Source: Syntrophomonadaceae bacterium (GTDB lineage Bacteria; Bacillota; Dethiobacteria; SKNC01). Taken from it: DNA of 64,000 nucleotides. Made by a program: the position numbers and the translations under genes. Under the pieces are notes generated by a model. That model worked only from the letters and a program-made list of their open reading frames with translations. It had not been told where the DNA came from and made no database searches. Below, in pieces: positions 10,047 to 22,051 of this stretch. Location of the stretch: assembly GCA_003555415.1 (NCBI GenBank), contig PWHX01000012.1, forward strand, positions 13,053-77,052, written 5' to 3'. Position 1 is the first letter of the stretch. Each line of letters starts with the position of its first letter.

Positions 10047-11366
10047 ATGAAAGATGAAATTATTATAATTGGTGGAGGGCTCGCCGGAAGTGAGGCAGCC
10101 TGGCAGGCTGCCTCCCGGGGCACCAAAGTTATTCTTTATGAGATGCGGCCTGAAAAAATGACTCCGGCTCATCATACAGGCATGTTATCGGAACTGGTGT
10201 GCAGTAATTCTTTAAGGTCTATGGATCTGGAAAATGCGGCAGGTCTTTTAAAGGAGGAAATGCGTAGGCTAAACTCTTTAATTATGTCTTCTGCAGATAA
10301 AAGCCGTGTTCCTGCTGGCAGTGCCCTTGCCGTAGACAGGGAGCTTTTTGCCCGACAAATTACAGAAACACTGGAAGAGAATCCCCTGGTGGAATTAAGA
10401 AGAGAGGAAGCAGAAAAAATTCCTGAAACTGATAAGCCAGTAATAATCGCCACAGGCCCTCTTACTTCTGAGGTGCTGGCTGAAGAAATAAAAGGGATTA
10501 CAGGAAGTGAGTACCTGTATTTCTTTGATGCTGCTGCTCCTATAGTAACCAGGGAGTCAATAAATATGGAAAAAGTGTTTCGGGCTTCCCGTTACGGTAA
10601 GGGTACGGCAGATTACCTCAACTGTCCTATGAATGAAGAGGAATATAATCGTTTTTGGAAGGCTTTAACTGATGCTGAACGATACCAAAAAAAAGAGTTT
10701 GAAAAGGAAGTGTATTTTGAAGGTTGTATGCCTGTAGAAGAGATGGCTTCCCGGGGGTATAAAACCCTTCTTTTTGGTCCTTTAAAGCCAGTTGGGTTGG
10801 AAGATCCCCGGTCCGGGGAACAGGCTTACGCTATTGCACAATTGAGGCAGGACAATCTTTCTGAAACATTGTATAATATGGTAGGTTTTCAAACCAGCCT
10901 GACCTGGCCTGAACAAGAGCGGGTTTTTCGTTTAATCCCTGGTTTAGAGAATGCTGAATTTCTCCGCTTTGGGGTTATGCACCGGAATACTTTTATAAAC
11001 TCACCAGAAGTATTGAGCTCAACCTTGCAGCTAAAAGACAGGCCTAATTTATTATTTGCCGGTCAATTAACAGGGGTAGAAGGTTATGTGGAATCTACTT
11101 CCTCCGGCCTTATAGCAGGCATAAATGCTTCTCTTTTGGTTAAAGGTAAGGATCCCTTAATATTCCCTCCCACTACAGCGCATGGTGCTTTATGTCATTA
11201 TATAACCACAGCTAGCCCTAAAAATTTCCAGCCTATGAATGTAAATTTTGGACTGCTACCTGCACCGGAAATAAAGGTTAAGGGAAAGGAAAGAAAAGCC
11301 TATTATTCAAAAAAAGCCTTAAAGGCTATGGAGGACTATATTAAAGATCAAAATATATTAAATTAA
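10047..11366 (+). CDS. trmFO: methylenetetrahydrofolate--tRNA-(U54-C5)-methyltransferase
   Basis: 439-aa ORF with the [18 protein letters not shown] motif. Gid/TrmFO-like throughout. It follows topA, as in Bacillus. Confidence 0.93.
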   Translation: MKDEIIIIGGGLAGSEAAWQAASRGTKVILYEMRPEKMTPAHHTGMLSELVCSNSLRSMDLENAAGLLKEEMRRLNSLIMSSADKSRVPAGSALAVDRELFARQITETLEENPLVELRREEAEKIPETDKPVIIATGPLTSEVLAEEIKGITGSEYLYFFDAAAPIVTRESINMEKVFRASRYGKGTADYLNCPMNEEEYNRFWKALTDAERYQKKEFEKEVYFEGCMPVEEMASRGYKTLLFGPLKPVGLEDPRSGEQAYAIAQLRQDNLSETLYNMVGFQTSLTWPEQERVFRLIPGLENAEFLRFGVMHRNTFINSPEVLSSTLQLKDRPNLLFAGQLTGVEGYVESTSSGLIAGINASLLVKGKDPLIFPPTTAHGALCHYITTASPKNFQPMNVNFGLLPAPEIKVKGKERKAYYSKKALKAMEDYIKDQNILN

Positions 11367-11408
11367 ATTTTGATCTTTACAAGCGTGTTAGAAGGGATAC
11401 AAATATTC

Positions 11409-11437
11409 TTGCATAAAGGCAGATGATATGGTAAGAT
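11409..11437 (+). promoter_or_regulatory. putative sigma-A promoter upstream of xerC-hslVU-codY
   Basis: TTGCAT, 17-nt spacer, TGgTAAGAT (extended -10). Confidence 0.45.
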
Positions 11438-11459
11438 TTTAAAAAAAGAGGGTGTTAAA

Positions 11460-12356
11460 GTGGGAGATATACTTGAAAACTTTATTAGCTTCTTAAAAAT
11501 AGAAAAAAATGCATCAGAATGGACGCAACGAAAATATTTAGAAGACCTGAAACAATTTTCCATGTTCCTGGAACAGCAAGGAAGTAGTCTTCAAAATATG
11601 GACCACTTGGTTATACGACATTTTCTTTCTGCTTTACAGAAAAAGGGTTACGCCCGAACTACTGTTGCCCGAAAACTTTCTGCTATACGTTCTTTAATTC
11701 GGTATATAAACCGGGAAAACAGTATGGCTGTAAATGAAAGGTTGTCTTTTTTTACTCCCAAGAGAGGGCAAAGTCTACCCAAGTTTTTATATTTAACTGA
11801 AATTATTACTCTGATAGAGTCGCCAGATACAAATACTGTCTTAGGCAGCCGGGATAGGGCTATAATGGAAACTCTTTATGCAGCCGGTATAAGAGTAAGT
11901 GAGTTGGTAGGGCTCAGCTTGGAGAGTATAGACTTAGATTCCAGATTATTAAAAGTAAAGGGCAAGGGGAATAAAGAAAGATTTGTTTTGATTGGCAAAT
12001 ATGCAGAAAGCTCCCTTCGTTCCTACCTTGAGTTAAGCCGGACTAAACTTTTAGAAAAAAGAAAAGATGGATCATTTGAAAAAGCAATTTTTTTAAATAA
12101 GTACGGCTTTCGACTGTCAGACAGGAGTATTAGGAGAATTATAGAAAAATACATAAAGAAAGCTTCTGTAAAAACTAAAGCCAGTCCCCACACCATAAGA
12201 CATTCATTTGCTACTCACCTTCTAGATGCCGGGGCTGATTTAAGAACTGTACAGGAATTACTTGGGCATGTGAATCTATCTTCTACTCAAATATATACCC
12301 ATTTGACGAAGGAAAATGTTAAAATAATTTATAACTCTGCACATCCCAGGGCCTAG
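11460..12356 (+). CDS. xerC: tyrosine recombinase XerC (CodV-like)
   Basis: 298-aa ORF with [12 protein letters not shown] and [14 protein letters not shown] catalytic motifs. Its position ahead of hslVU-codY matches B. subtilis codV. Confidence 0.88.
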   Translation: MGDILENFISFLKIEKNASEWTQRKYLEDLKQFSMFLEQQGSSLQNMDHLVIRHFLSALQKKGYARTTVARKLSAIRSLIRYINRENSMAVNERLSFFTPKRGQSLPKFLYLTEIITLIESPDTNTVLGSRDRAIMETLYAAGIRVSELVGLSLESIDLDSRLLKVKGKGNKERFVLIGKYAESSLRSYLELSRTKLLEKRKDGSFEKAIFLNKYGFRLSDRSIRRIIEKYIKKASVKTKASPHTIRHSFATHLLDAGADLRTVQELLGHVNLSSTQIYTHLTKENVKIIYNSAHPRA

Positions 12357-12408
12357 TAAAGTACGAAATAAAGGGTCTGGAGAAATTAATTATTTAAAGA
12401 GGAAAACT

Positions 12409-12945
12409 ATGTTTAAAGGTACAACTATAGTTGCTGTAAAAAAAGGTAATAAGGCAGCAATAGCCGGAGATGGTCAGGTAACTTTTGGCCAAAACATGAT
12501 TATGAAAAGAAAGGCTGTTAAAATTAGAAAGATATACAGCAATAAAGTTATAGCTGGTTTTGCCGGTTCTGTAGCTGATACTTTTACGCTTTTTGAAAAG
12601 TTTGAGGAGCAACTGCATAAATACCAGGGAAACATGAAAAGAGCTGCTGTGGAACTTGCAAAAGAATGGAGAACCGACAAGTATTTGCGTCGGTTAGAGG
12701 CCTTGTTAATTGTAGTTAATGTAGAAAGCCTTTTAATTATTTCAGGCACCGGTGAAGTTATCGAGCCAGATGATAATGTGGCTGCCGTTGGTTCAGGTGC
12801 AGGTTATGCCCTGGCTGCAGCTAGGGCTATGTTGAAGCACACTAACCTTCAACCTGGGGAAGTAGCCAAGGACTCTCTTTCTATGGCTGCTGATATATGC
12901 GTATATACCAACCATGAAATAGCTGTAGAAGATCTATATTTATAA
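12409..12945 (+). CDS. hslV: ATP-dependent protease subunit HslV
   Basis: 178-aa ORF with N-terminal [11 protein letters not shown] and a [13 protein letters not shown] motif. Confidence 0.95.
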   Translation: MFKGTTIVAVKKGNKAAIAGDGQVTFGQNMIMKRKAVKIRKIYSNKVIAGFAGSVADTFTLFEKFEEQLHKYQGNMKRAAVELAKEWRTDKYLRRLEALLIVVNVESLLIISGTGEVIEPDDNVAAVGSGAGYALAAARAMLKHTNLQPGEVAKDSLSMAADICVYTNHEIAVEDLYL

Positions 12946-13046
12946 AATTTTTATTCTAAATTTTTGAAATTTTATAAATATTTTAGTATTTTCTGCCATC
13001 ATTTTTTTGACGTTCCCGTCTTTTATTTTTTAGGAGGAATAAACAT

Positions 13047-14456
13047 ATGGAAAATTTAACACCCAGACAAATCGTTCAAGAATTAGATAAATATATAATA
13101 GGTCAAGATAAGGCAAAGAAAAGTGTAGCAGTGGCCTTGCGTAATAGGTATCGTAGGAAAAGACTGCCCCTGGAATTACAAGATGAAGTTATTCCGAAAA
13201 ATATTATTATGATTGGTCCTACCGGAGTAGGTAAAACAGAAATTGCTCGAAGAATGGCCAGGCTAGTTAATGCTCCTTTTGTTAAAGTTGAGGCTACAAA
13301 GTTTACTGAAGTTGGCTATGTAGGACGAGATGTAGAGACTATGATACGGGATTTAGTAGAAACATCTATAAGAATCATTAAAGCAGAAAAAATGGAAGGG
13401 GTAGAAGGCAAAGCAAAAGAAATGGTAGAAAAGCGCATCCTGGATATCTTAGTTCCTACTCCCAGGAAGGAAAGAACATTTCAAAATCCTCTAGGTGCTT
13501 TATTCCAGAATATTTCCGGTGAAGAAGAAAACGAAAGCGAGACTGAATCAGAAGAAAAGGAAGAAGAGATTTATATTCATAAAAGAAGGGCACAGTTCCG
13601 GGAGGATTTAAAATCTGGAAATTTAGAAGATAAATATATTGAAATTGAAGTAGAAGATATCTCCTCTCCTGTTGTAGAAATTTTTTCAGGGCAAGGGGTA
13701 GAGGAAATGGGGATAAACTTTAAAGATATTTTAGGTAACATGATGCCCAAGAAAAAAAAGAAGAGAAAGGTAACTATTAGTCAGGCCCGTAAAATACTGT
13801 TACAAGAGGAAGCGCAAAAGCTAATTGATATGGACGAAGCAACAAATGAAGCTTTACAAAGGGCTGAACAATCGGGCATAATATTTTTGGATGAAATAGA
13901 TAAGGTTTCAGGAAAAGATTCCTCAACCGGTCCCGATGTATCTCGAGAAGGAGTGCAGAGAGATATTCTTCCTATAGTTGAAGGTTCTACCGTTATGACT
14001 AAATATGGACCGGTAAAAACAGATTATATACTTTTCATTGCCGCAGGGGCTTTTCATACAGCAAAACCCTCGGACCTGATCCCTGAACTGCAGGGAAGAT
14101 TTCCTATCAGGGTAGAACTAAACAGCTTGGATAAAGAGCATTTTAAACAAATTTTAGTCCAGCCGGAAAATGCTTTAATCAAGCAGTATGTAGCTTTGCT
14201 GTCAACAGAAGGCTTAAGGTTAAATTTTTCTGATGATGCCGTAGATGAAATTGCTGAATTAGCATATATTTTAAACGAGCAAATGGAAAATATTGGGGCT
14301 CGCAGGCTGCAAACAATATTGGAAAAACTATTGGAAGAGTTATCTTTTGAAGCTCCCGAATTAGGTGAAAAAGAAATAAATATAAATTCAGATTATGTAA
14401 AAGAAACTTTAAAAGACATTGTCAAGGATAAGGATCTCAGTAAGTATATTCTATAA
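13047..14456 (+). CDS. hslU: ATP-dependent protease ATPase subunit HslU
   Basis: 469-aa ORF with Walker [14 protein letters not shown], Walker [10 protein letters not shown], and an acidic I-domain insert. Confidence 0.96.
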   Translation: MENLTPRQIVQELDKYIIGQDKAKKSVAVALRNRYRRKRLPLELQDEVIPKNIIMIGPTGVGKTEIARRMARLVNAPFVKVEATKFTEVGYVGRDVETMIRDLVETSIRIIKAEKMEGVEGKAKEMVEKRILDILVPTPRKERTFQNPLGALFQNISGEEENESETESEEKEEEIYIHKRRAQFREDLKSGNLEDKYIEIEVEDISSPVVEIFSGQGVEEMGINFKDILGNMMPKKKKKRKVTISQARKILLQEEAQKLIDMDEATNEALQRAEQSGIIFLDEIDKVSGKDSSTGPDVSREGVQRDILPIVEGSTVMTKYGPVKTDYILFIAAGAFHTAKPSDLIPELQGRFPIRVELNSLDKEHFKQILVQPENALIKQYVALLSTEGLRLNFSDDAVDEIAELAYILNEQMENIGARRLQTILEKLLEELSFEAPELGEKEININSDYVKETLKDIVKDKDLSKYIL

Positions 14457-14476
14457 GCGGAAAGGAAGTTGAAATA

Positions 14477-15256
14477 ATGGAGGGCTTACTGGAAAAGACC
14501 AGGCAAATTAATAGTATACTACAAAAGTCTGCTGGGCAGCATGTAGACTTTAAAGAAATTGCTGAAGTACTAAGGGATGTAATAAATGCGAATGTCTATA
14601 TTGCTAGTCGCCAGGGAACTATACTGGGTCATTCCCTTGTAAAAGAGTTTGAATGCGAAATTATGATTAATGAAGTTTTAAATGAAAATTCTTTTCCTGA
14701 GGGTTATAATGAATCACTAATGAACATTGATGATACAAGGGTAAATTCAAAACAAAAGTCAAATTCATGTGTTTTTTTAGATGAGCAGTGTTTATTTACC
14801 AATAAATTAAGTACAATTGTACCTATCGTTGGTGGGGGTAAACGTTTAGGAACTTTACTTTTAGCCAGATTTGCCGAACCTTTTGAATCAGAAGATGTTA
14901 TTTTGGCAGAAACAGGGGCTACAGTTGTAGGAATGGAAATATTAAGGGAAAGAGCGGAAAAAGTAGAGGAGGAAGCCAGAAGTAAGGCAATAGTACAATT
15001 AGCCGTAGGCACTTTATCTTATTCCGAACTGGAGGCTATAGAACACATTTTCGAGGAGTTAAAGGGTAAAGAGGGACTTCTTGTAGCAAGTAAAATAGCA
15101 GATCAGGTAGGAATAACCAGGTCGGTTATCGTAAATGCTTTACGGAAATTTGAAAGTGCCGGTGTGATTGAGTCAAGGTCATTAGGTATGAAAGGGACAT
15201 ATATTAAAGTCTTAAATGACTTTTTATTGGATGAATTAAAAAAAATAAAGAAATAA
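14477..15256 (+). CDS. codY: GTP-sensing pleiotropic transcriptional repressor CodY
   Basis: 259-aa ORF with the C-terminal w[45 protein letters not shown]. Confidence 0.96.
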   Translation: MEGLLEKTRQINSILQKSAGQHVDFKEIAEVLRDVINANVYIASRQGTILGHSLVKEFECEIMINEVLNENSFPEGYNESLMNIDDTRVNSKQKSNSCVFLDEQCLFTNKLSTIVPIVGGGKRLGTLLLARFAEPFESEDVILAETGATVVGMEILRERAEKVEEEARSKAIVQLAVGTLSYSELEAIEHIFEELKGKEGLLVASKIADQVGITRSVIVNALRKFESAGVIESRSLGMKGTYIKVLNDFLLDELKKIKK

Positions 15257-15306
15257 TATTAAAAAAATTTTCTGTTGGGAAAAATAATATTTGATTAGAT
15301 CTTATT

Positions 15307-15341
15307 AAAGGGTAGCTTACTTGCTACCTTTTTTATTTTTT
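15307..15341 (+). terminator. intrinsic terminator after codY
   Basis: Stem AAAGGGTAGC/GCTACCTTTT (one G-U) with a 6-nt loop and a T-rich tail. Confidence 0.75.
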
Positions 15342-15454
15342 GTTCAAGGTAAAGAAATGTCATTTTTGTGGATAGTTATTAATAATTTAAAATTGAAAGT
15401 AAAAAAATAAATAAATTTTCCTAAAAAAGGCATAATAAGCTAGAGGTGTTATTT

Positions 15455-16006
15455 TTGAGAAAGAAGAAAAAAAATTTTTTTCATTTTAAATCCCTGATGG
15501 TTGGTTTTATAGCGGGACTAGTTACATTTTTACTTCTCAGTTCAGTCATTTTGGGTTTTATATCTCAAGAAGGGGTAGTAGTTTACATAAATAGTGAAGA
15601 GGTTGCCAGTACCGTAGAAAAACAGGTAACAGCATTTACCAATCAGCAGATTCCCTATTATATGGGTGAGGCTAAAGAAGAGGTTCCGGGAATTGTGGAA
15701 AAGCAACTAGAAGGTCAATTTACTACGGGTAAACTAGAAATTGCCGGGGTATCTTTTGAGCTTCCGGAAGAATTCGTATCCAACCTGGAGCACATGTTAA
15801 AAGATAATATAGAAGCAGGGATATATAATATTATAGATGGTATAGATAATGAGGAGCTTTCTAGGGATTTAGGAGCCTATTCATATAAAATTGTTAAAAA
15901 AACATTAGAGGAGGAATACAAGGGGAAAAGCTTAACGGTAAAGCCTTTTGAGTGGTTCAGCATACTGGTTACAATTGATATAGAAGATAGCCTGGAGGAA
16001 GAATGA
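15455..16006 (+). CDS. hypothetical single-pass membrane protein with an acidic C-terminal part
   Basis: ORF with one N-terminal hydrophobic helix (LMVGFIAGLVTFLLLSSVILGFI). I recognise no family. AGAGG precedes the TTG at 15455; the ORF track starts at GTG 15446. Confidence 0.5.
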   Translation: MRKKKKNFFHFKSLMVGFIAGLVTFLLLSSVILGFISQEGVVVYINSEEVASTVEKQVTAFTNQQIPYYMGEAKEEVPGIVEKQLEGQFTTGKLEIAGVSFELPEEFVSNLEHMLKDNIEAGIYNIIDGIDNEELSRDLGAYSYKIVKKTLEEEYKGKSLTVKPFEWFSILVTIDIEDSLEEE

Positions 16007-16023
16007 TGAGACGTCTAAATTTA

Positions 16024-16052
16024 TTGCTAAAAAATATAAATTGTGATATACT
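16024..16052 (+). promoter_or_regulatory. sigma-A promoter upstream of rpsB-tsf
   Basis: TTGCTA, 17-nt spacer, TGaTATACT (extended -10). It implies a 5' UTR of about 115 nt. Confidence 0.55.
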
Positions 16053-16173
16053 ACAAAAGATGTAAAAACACACGCTTTGTGGATTTTCAGAATAGGGTGT
16101 TGCCTTTTAATAAGGCGATTTTCTGAGAAGATGAAAAAAGCGGAGGTATAAAACCTAGGGAGGAGGTGCAAAA

Positions 16174-16929
16174 TTGGCTGTAGTGTCCATGAAACAATTA
16201 CTTGAAGCTGGTGTTCATTTTGGCCATCAAACTCGCAGATGGAATCCCAAGATGAAAAATTACATCTTTACTGAGCGTAATGGTATCTATATCATTGACT
16301 TACAAAGAACAGTAAAGAGAATTGATGAAGCATATAATTATTTTAAAGATATAGCTTCTCGGGGAGAAAAGGTTCTGTTTGTTGGGACAAAAAAACAGGC
16401 ACAGGAATCGGTTCAAAAAGAAGCTGAAAAATGTGGCATGTTTTATGTTAATCAAAGGTGGTTGGGAGGCATGTTGACTAACTTTCAAACCATTCGTAAA
16501 AGAATTGATCGTTTGTTTGATTTAGATAAGATGGAAGAGGATGGATTGTTTGAAGTCCTTCCAAAAAAAGAAGTCATAAGGCTTAAGCATGAAAAAGAAA
16601 AACTAGAAAAGTTTCTTGGTGGAATTAAACATATGAAAGAGCTTCCTACTGCTGTATACATTATTGATCCCCGCAAAGAAAGAATTGCCGTAGCGGAAGC
16701 AAGGAAACTGGGGATTCCTATAGTAGCTATTGTAGATACTAATTGTGATCCTGATGAGATTGATCTTGTTATTCCAGGTAATGATGATGCTATTAGAGCT
16801 GTTAAGTTAATAACCAGCAAGCTGGCTGATTCTGTTTTAGAAGGTAAGCAGGGAATGCAGATGGAAGATGATGAGATAACTGAAGAAGGTAAAGAAGATA
16901 AAGAAGAAAAGATTGAAGTTACAGAGTAA
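16174..16929 (+). CDS. rpsB: 30S ribosomal protein S2
   Basis: [30 protein letters not shown] start after GGGAGGAGGTG. Acidic C-terminal tail. Confidence 0.97.
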   Translation: MAVVSMKQLLEAGVHFGHQTRRWNPKMKNYIFTERNGIYIIDLQRTVKRIDEAYNYFKDIASRGEKVLFVGTKKQAQESVQKEAEKCGMFYVNQRWLGGMLTNFQTIRKRIDRLFDLDKMEEDGLFEVLPKKEVIRLKHEKEKLEKFLGGIKHMKELPTAVYIIDPRKERIAVAEARKLGIPIVAIVDTNCDPDEIDLVIPGNDDAIRAVKLITSKLADSVLEGKQGMQMEDDEITEEGKEDKEEKIEVTE

Positions 16930-16949
16930 AAAATAATAATGTATTATGA

Positions 16950-16983
16950 GTAAGGGTAGGTTAACGCTTACCCTTGCTTTTTT
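16950..16983 (+). terminator. intrinsic terminator/attenuator between rpsB and tsf
   Basis: Stem GTAAGGGTA/TACCCTTGC followed by TTTTTT. Confidence 0.6.
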
Positions 16984-17026
16984 ACCTTTCAAAACATTTT
17001 AATTACATATTATTTAGGAGGTTTTA

Positions 17027-17680
17027 GTGATGGTAAAAGCTGCTCTAGTCAAAGAACTTAGAGATAAAACAGGAGCAGGAATGATGGATTGTAAAAAAGC
17101 CCTGTTAGAGGCCGAAGGTAATCTGGATAAAGCTATTACTATCCTTAGAGAGAAAGGATTATCTTCAGCGGCTAAAAAATCTGGGCGGATAACATCTGAA
17201 GGATGTGTAGATGCATATATTCATATGGGTGGTAAAATCGGGGTTCTTCTGGAGGTTAATTGCGAAACAGATTTTGTAGCCAAAAATGATGAGTTCAAAC
17301 AGTTTGTCCGGGATCTATGTATGCAGATTGCTGCTTCTAATCCACAATATATTTCGAGGGAGGAAGTGCCGGAAGAAGTAGTAAATAAAGAGAGTGAAAT
17401 ATTTAAAAACCAGGCATTATCGGAGGGTAAACCCGAAAAGATTGTAGACAAAATCGTTGAGGGAAAAATGGATAAATATTATCAAGAAATATGTTTATTG
17501 GAACAAGATTTTATAAGAGACACAGACTTTAAGATTATGGATTTGCTCAAAGAAAAGATTGCAAAATTAGGTGAAAATATTACTATAAGGCGTTTTACCC
17601 GGTTTGTTATGGGCGAAGGCCTAGAAAAAAAAGAAAATGACCTTGCAAAAGAAGTAGAAGACATAATCAGTACAGAATAA
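17027..17680 (+). CDS. tsf: elongation factor Ts
   Basis: 217-aa ORF with [20 protein letters not shown]. The start is either GTG 17027 or ATG 17030. Confidence 0.96.
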   Translation: MMVKAALVKELRDKTGAGMMDCKKALLEAEGNLDKAITILREKGLSSAAKKSGRITSEGCVDAYIHMGGKIGVLLEVNCETDFVAKNDEFKQFVRDLCMQIAASNPQYISREEVPEEVVNKESEIFKNQALSEGKPEKIVDKIVEGKMDKYYQEICLLEQDFIRDTDFKIMDLLKEKIAKLGENITIRRFTRFVMGEGLEKKENDLAKEVEDIISTE

Positions 17681-17685
17681 CCTTT

Positions 17686-17711
17686 AAAAAAGCACATTTG
17701 TGCTTTTTTTC
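17686..17711 (+). terminator. intrinsic terminator after tsf
   Basis: AAAAAAGCACA-TT-TGTGCTTTTTTT. Confidence 0.75.
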
Positions 17712-17782
17712 TTAAATCATCTCTTTACATTTTCTGATTTTGCAAACAAATAATTCAAGCTTAAACAAGGAATTTTTATTAA

Positions 17783-18541
<759 letters not shown>

Positions 18542-18557
18542 GGAGGTAAATAATAAG

Positions 18558-19115
18558 ATGGCTGATGAAGTGTTTAGTAAAACAGAAGATAATATGAGTA
18601 AAGCTGTGGAGTCTTTAAAAAGAGATTTTAGCTATATAAGAGCAGGACGTGCAACTCCTTCGCTTCTGGATAAGATTACAGTAGATTATTACGGAACGGC
18701 AACTCCATTGAACCAACTGGCAACCGTAAGTGCTCCGGAACCCAGGCTTTTGATGGTTCAGCCCTGGGATAAAAATATAATCGGAGATGTTGAAAAGGCT
18801 ATTTTGAAATCTGACCTGGGATTAACTCCAAATAATGACGGTAACGTTATTCGGCTTCCGATACCTCAGCTCACAGAAGAAAGAAGAAAAGAACTGGTTA
18901 AAATGGTAAAAAATAAAGCAGAAGAAGGACGGGTAGCTGTACGAAACATTCGCAGAGAAGCTAATGATCAGCTAAAAAAAATGGAAAAAAGCAGTGACAT
19001 TACAAAGGATGATTTAAAACGCCTGCAAGATGATGTTCAAAAACTTACGGACAAATATATTGCAGAAATAGATAAAACTGTTGGAAATAAGGAAAATGAA
19101 ATAATGGAAGTATAA
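18558..19115 (+). CDS. frr: ribosome recycling factor
   Basis: 185-aa ORF with [21 protein letters not shown] and a conserved C-terminal helix. Confidence 0.96.
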   Translation: MADEVFSKTEDNMSKAVESLKRDFSYIRAGRATPSLLDKITVDYYGTATPLNQLATVSAPEPRLLMVQPWDKNIIGDVEKAILKSDLGLTPNNDGNVIRLPIPQLTEERRKELVKMVKNKAEEGRVAVRNIRREANDQLKKMEKSSDITKDDLKRLQDDVQKLTDKYIAEIDKTVGNKENEIMEV

Positions 19116-19262
19116 AGATTTATTTACTTAATTCAATTATTTAGTTCATCCAAAATGAAGTAAAAGGTGAGGTTAGTATAAGCAAAATAAGATACTGCAT
19201 ATATAAGATATAATGTTACAGCAGGGAAACCTTGCAGGCAATTATCTTATTAACGATGCAGG

Positions 19263-19290
19263 CCCCCTCAGAAAGAGGGGGTTTGTTTAT
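19263..19290 (+). terminator. intrinsic terminator about 150 nt after the frr stop and 15 nt before uppS
   Basis: CCCCCTC-AGAAA-GAGGGGG followed by TTTGTTTAT. Confidence 0.7.
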
Positions 19291-19304
19291 AAGGAGGCGG
19301 AAGA

Positions 19305-20057
19305 ATGGACTTTGAGGAGAAAGGGAAACAATTATACCAGTTAATAGATCAAGAACGTATACCTTATCATGTTGCTATTATAATGGATGGAAACGGCCGC
19401 TGGGCCAGGAAAAGAGGTCTGCCAAGGATTGCCGGGCATAGGGCAGGAATTGATTCTTTAAGAGAAACCATACGAATTGCCAGGGAAATTGGAGTTAAAA
19501 TATTAACCTTATATACTTTCTCCACAGAAAATTGGAAAAGGCCCAAGAGCGAAGTAAAGTTTCTAATGAAGCTTCCTGAAGAATATCTCCAAAAAGAAAT
19601 AGAAGAACTTTGTGCCAATAACGTAAAAATCAGGGTTTTAGGACTAATTAAAGAACTTCCAGAAAATACAAGAAGAGCACTTGAAGATGCCATAAAAAGA
19701 ACCAAGGGAAACGAAGGTATGGTTGTTAATTTTGCCATGAATTACGGAGGCAGGGGAGATATTGTAAGGGCTGTAAAAAAAATTTCTCAATTGTTACTTC
19801 GGGATGATATAAAAGAAGGGGAAATTGATGAAGAAATAATTTCCCAATACCTATATACAAAAGGATGCCCAGATCCTGATTTATTAATCAGGCCCAGCGG
19901 TGAATTGAGGATAAGTAATTTTCTCTTATGGCAAATAGCTTATACCGAGCTATGGTTTACAGATATTTATTGGCCTGATTTTAAAAAAACACATTTTTTA
20001 CAGGCTGTTTACGATTTCCAGCGGCGTAATCGGAAGTTTGGAGGGATAAAAGGCTAA
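19305..20057 (+). CDS. uppS: isoprenyl transferase (undecaprenyl diphosphate synthase)
   Basis: 250-aa ORF with HVAIIMDGNGRWA and RPSGELRISNFLLWQ motifs. Confidence 0.96.
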   Translation: MDFEEKGKQLYQLIDQERIPYHVAIIMDGNGRWARKRGLPRIAGHRAGIDSLRETIRIAREIGVKILTLYTFSTENWKRPKSEVKFLMKLPEEYLQKEIEELCANNVKIRVLGLIKELPENTRRALEDAIKRTKGNEGMVVNFAMNYGGRGDIVRAVKKISQLLLRDDIKEGEIDEEIISQYLYTKGCPDPDLLIRPSGELRISNFLLWQIAYTELWFTDIYWPDFKKTHFLQAVYDFQRRNRKFGGIKG

Positions 20058-20058
20058 A

Positions 20059-20847
20059 GTGTTAAAGAAACGAATATTAAGTGGAATTATAGGGATACCC
20101 TTAGCACTATTTATTATATATATGGGAGGAATAAGTTACACTATAGCTATTTTAGTATTGGCTATACTGGGACTGGAGGAGTATAACAGGCTTTCTTTAA
20201 AAGGAAGCTATACTTTTCCTAGAAATCTGTCTTTTGTGTTAGCGTTTCTATATTTTATTATGTTATACTCAGGCGCTCCTTATGTTCTGGAGATGTTTTT
20301 AGTTTTTCTTTTATTTCCTCTTTCTTTTTATTTTGTCTTTATTCATGAATTTAATCTGCGGGATTTATTATTTGCCTCCTGGGGCATGATATACATTATC
20401 TGGCTTTTTGGGTTTCTTATAGTCCTTCGGGATTTACCTGAAGGTTTAACTTATACGCTATTGCTATTTATTGCCATCTGGCTTAATGATATAGCAGCTT
20501 TTTTTGTAGGCAGTTATTTGGGGAAGCATAAACTTATTCCCCGGGTGAGCCCTAATAAAACCATAGAGGGGGCTGCAGGAGGATTAGCGGTTACTGTTAT
20601 ATTTGTATTATTATTTAGAGGTTATATTAATTTTGCATTTTCAACGGCTTTGCTGGCAGGATTGTTGATTTCAATTTTTGGCCAGGCAGGAGACCTTGTT
20701 GAGTCTGCTATAAAAAGAAGTTTAAAGGTAAAAGATTCGGGAGATATTATACCCGGTCATGGAGGGATTCTAGACCGTTTTGATAGCGTTTTGTTTGTTG
20801 CGCCTATTTTATATTTTTATATAAAAATTGTGCTTAAAGTGTTGTAA
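20059..20847 (+). CDS. cdsA: phosphatidate cytidylyltransferase
   Basis: 262-aa polytopic membrane ORF with the signature SAIKRSLKVKDSGDIIPGHGGILDRFDS. Confidence 0.93.
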   Translation: MLKKRILSGIIGIPLALFIIYMGGISYTIAILVLAILGLEEYNRLSLKGSYTFPRNLSFVLAFLYFIMLYSGAPYVLEMFLVFLLFPLSFYFVFIHEFNLRDLLFASWGMIYIIWLFGFLIVLRDLPEGLTYTLLLFIAIWLNDIAAFFVGSYLGKHKLIPRVSPNKTIEGAAGGLAVTVIFVLLFRGYINFAFSTALLAGLLISIFGQAGDLVESAIKRSLKVKDSGDIIPGHGGILDRFDSVLFVAPILYFYIKIVLKVL

Positions 20848-20872
20848 TTTTATGGATTTAGGGGGAAAATAT

Positions 20873-22033
20873 ATGAAAAAGCATTTGGTTTTGCTTGGCT
20901 CTACCGGTTCTATAGGTCAGCAAACCCTTTCTGTTGCAGATAAATTTCCCGAACGCTTTACTATAGCTGGCCTGGCTGCCGGGTCAAATATTGATTTATT
21001 AGAAAAGCAGGCAAGGTTATTTAAGCCTGCTATGATTGCTATAGCAAAAAAAGAGCTGGTTCCGGAATTAGAAAAAAGGCTGAGGGATACTAATGTAAGG
21101 GTCCTGGGTGGTGAAAAAGGACTTTTAGAAATGGTTGGTATTTCCAGGGCAGATTGGATTGTAAATGCCCTGGTGGGGTTTAGCGGATTAAGGCCGACAG
21201 CTTTGGCCCTGGAAGAAGGAAAAAATATTGCTTTAGCCAATAAAGAAACTTTGGTAGCCGGGGGAGAGTTGATTATGACCCTGGCTAAAAATAAGGGTTT
21301 AGATATTGTCCCTATCGATAGTGAGCATTCGGCTATATTTCAGTGTCTTCAAGGTGAAAAAGACAACAAAATTTATAAAATATATTTGACAGCTTCAGGG
21401 GGACCTTTTAGAGGTTATAGCCTGGAAGATTTATCCCGAGTTAAGTTGGAGCAGGCTTTGAAACATCCCAACTGGGTTATGGGTAAAAAGATTACTATAG
21501 ATTCAGCAACTTTGATGAATAAAGGACTGGAGGTTCTGGAAGCAAAGGCTCTTTTTGGATTAGGCCTGGAACAGATTGAAGTTGTTATTCATCCTCAGAG
21601 CATTATTCATTCAATGGTAGAGTTTATTGACAGTGCTGTTCTGGCTCAACTGGGTGAACCAGATATGGGTGTGCCCATACAGTATGCCCTGACTTACCCA
21701 AAGCGTTGGCAAAATGATTTTAAAAGGTTAGATTGGAGGAAGATCAAAACTTTAAGCTTTGAACAGCCTGATACGAGAGTTTTTAGATGCTTAAAGCTTG
21801 CTTATGAGGCAGGGGAAGCAGGAGGAACCATGCCTGCGGTGATGAACGCAGCCAATGAAATAGCTGTTGAATTATTTTTAAATGAACAGATTTCTTTTCT
21901 GGATATACCTTGTATAATTGAGAAAGCAATGCATAAACATAAAGTAATTTTAGAACCATCTTTAGAAGACATTAAAAGAATTGACATGGAAATAAGGGAA
22001 CAGGCATCTTTTTTTAAGAATGATTTATTTTAA
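20873..22033 (+). CDS. dxr: 1-deoxy-D-xylulose 5-phosphate reductoisomerase
   Basis: MKKHLVLLGSTGSIGQQTL, LANKETLV and DSEHSAIFQC motifs. GGGGG precedes the ATG at 20873. The ORF track's start at 20828 would overlap the end of cdsA. Confidence 0.95.
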   Translation: MKKHLVLLGSTGSIGQQTLSVADKFPERFTIAGLAAGSNIDLLEKQARLFKPAMIAIAKKELVPELEKRLRDTNVRVLGGEKGLLEMVGISRADWIVNALVGFSGLRPTALALEEGKNIALANKETLVAGGELIMTLAKNKGLDIVPIDSEHSAIFQCLQGEKDNKIYKIYLTASGGPFRGYSLEDLSRVKLEQALKHPNWVMGKKITIDSATLMNKGLEVLEAKALFGLGLEQIEVVIHPQSIIHSMVEFIDSAVLAQLGEPDMGVPIQYALTYPKRWQNDFKRLDWRKIKTLSFEQPDTRVFRCLKLAYEAGEAGGTMPAVMNAANEIAVELFLNEQISFLDIPCIIEKAMHKHKVILEPSLEDIKRIDMEIREQASFFKNDLF

Positions 22034-22051
22034 GTAAGGAGTTGATGTAGC

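Noticed and set aside
11460-12356. Tyrosine recombinase considered as a possible integrase marking a mobile element.
   Set aside because: It sits in the conserved topA-trmFO-xerC(codV)-hslVU-codY operon context. No att-like repeats, phage genes or transposase are nearby, so it is the chromosomal dimer-resolution recombinase.
16059-16173. Hairpin TCAGAA...TTCTGA, enclosing GTTGCC/GGCGAT, in the long rpsB 5' UTR, considered as an S2 autoregulatory element.
   Set aside because: The stems are short and contain G-U pairs. The known S2 leader is gammaproteobacterial, and nothing in the sequence supports homology or function here.
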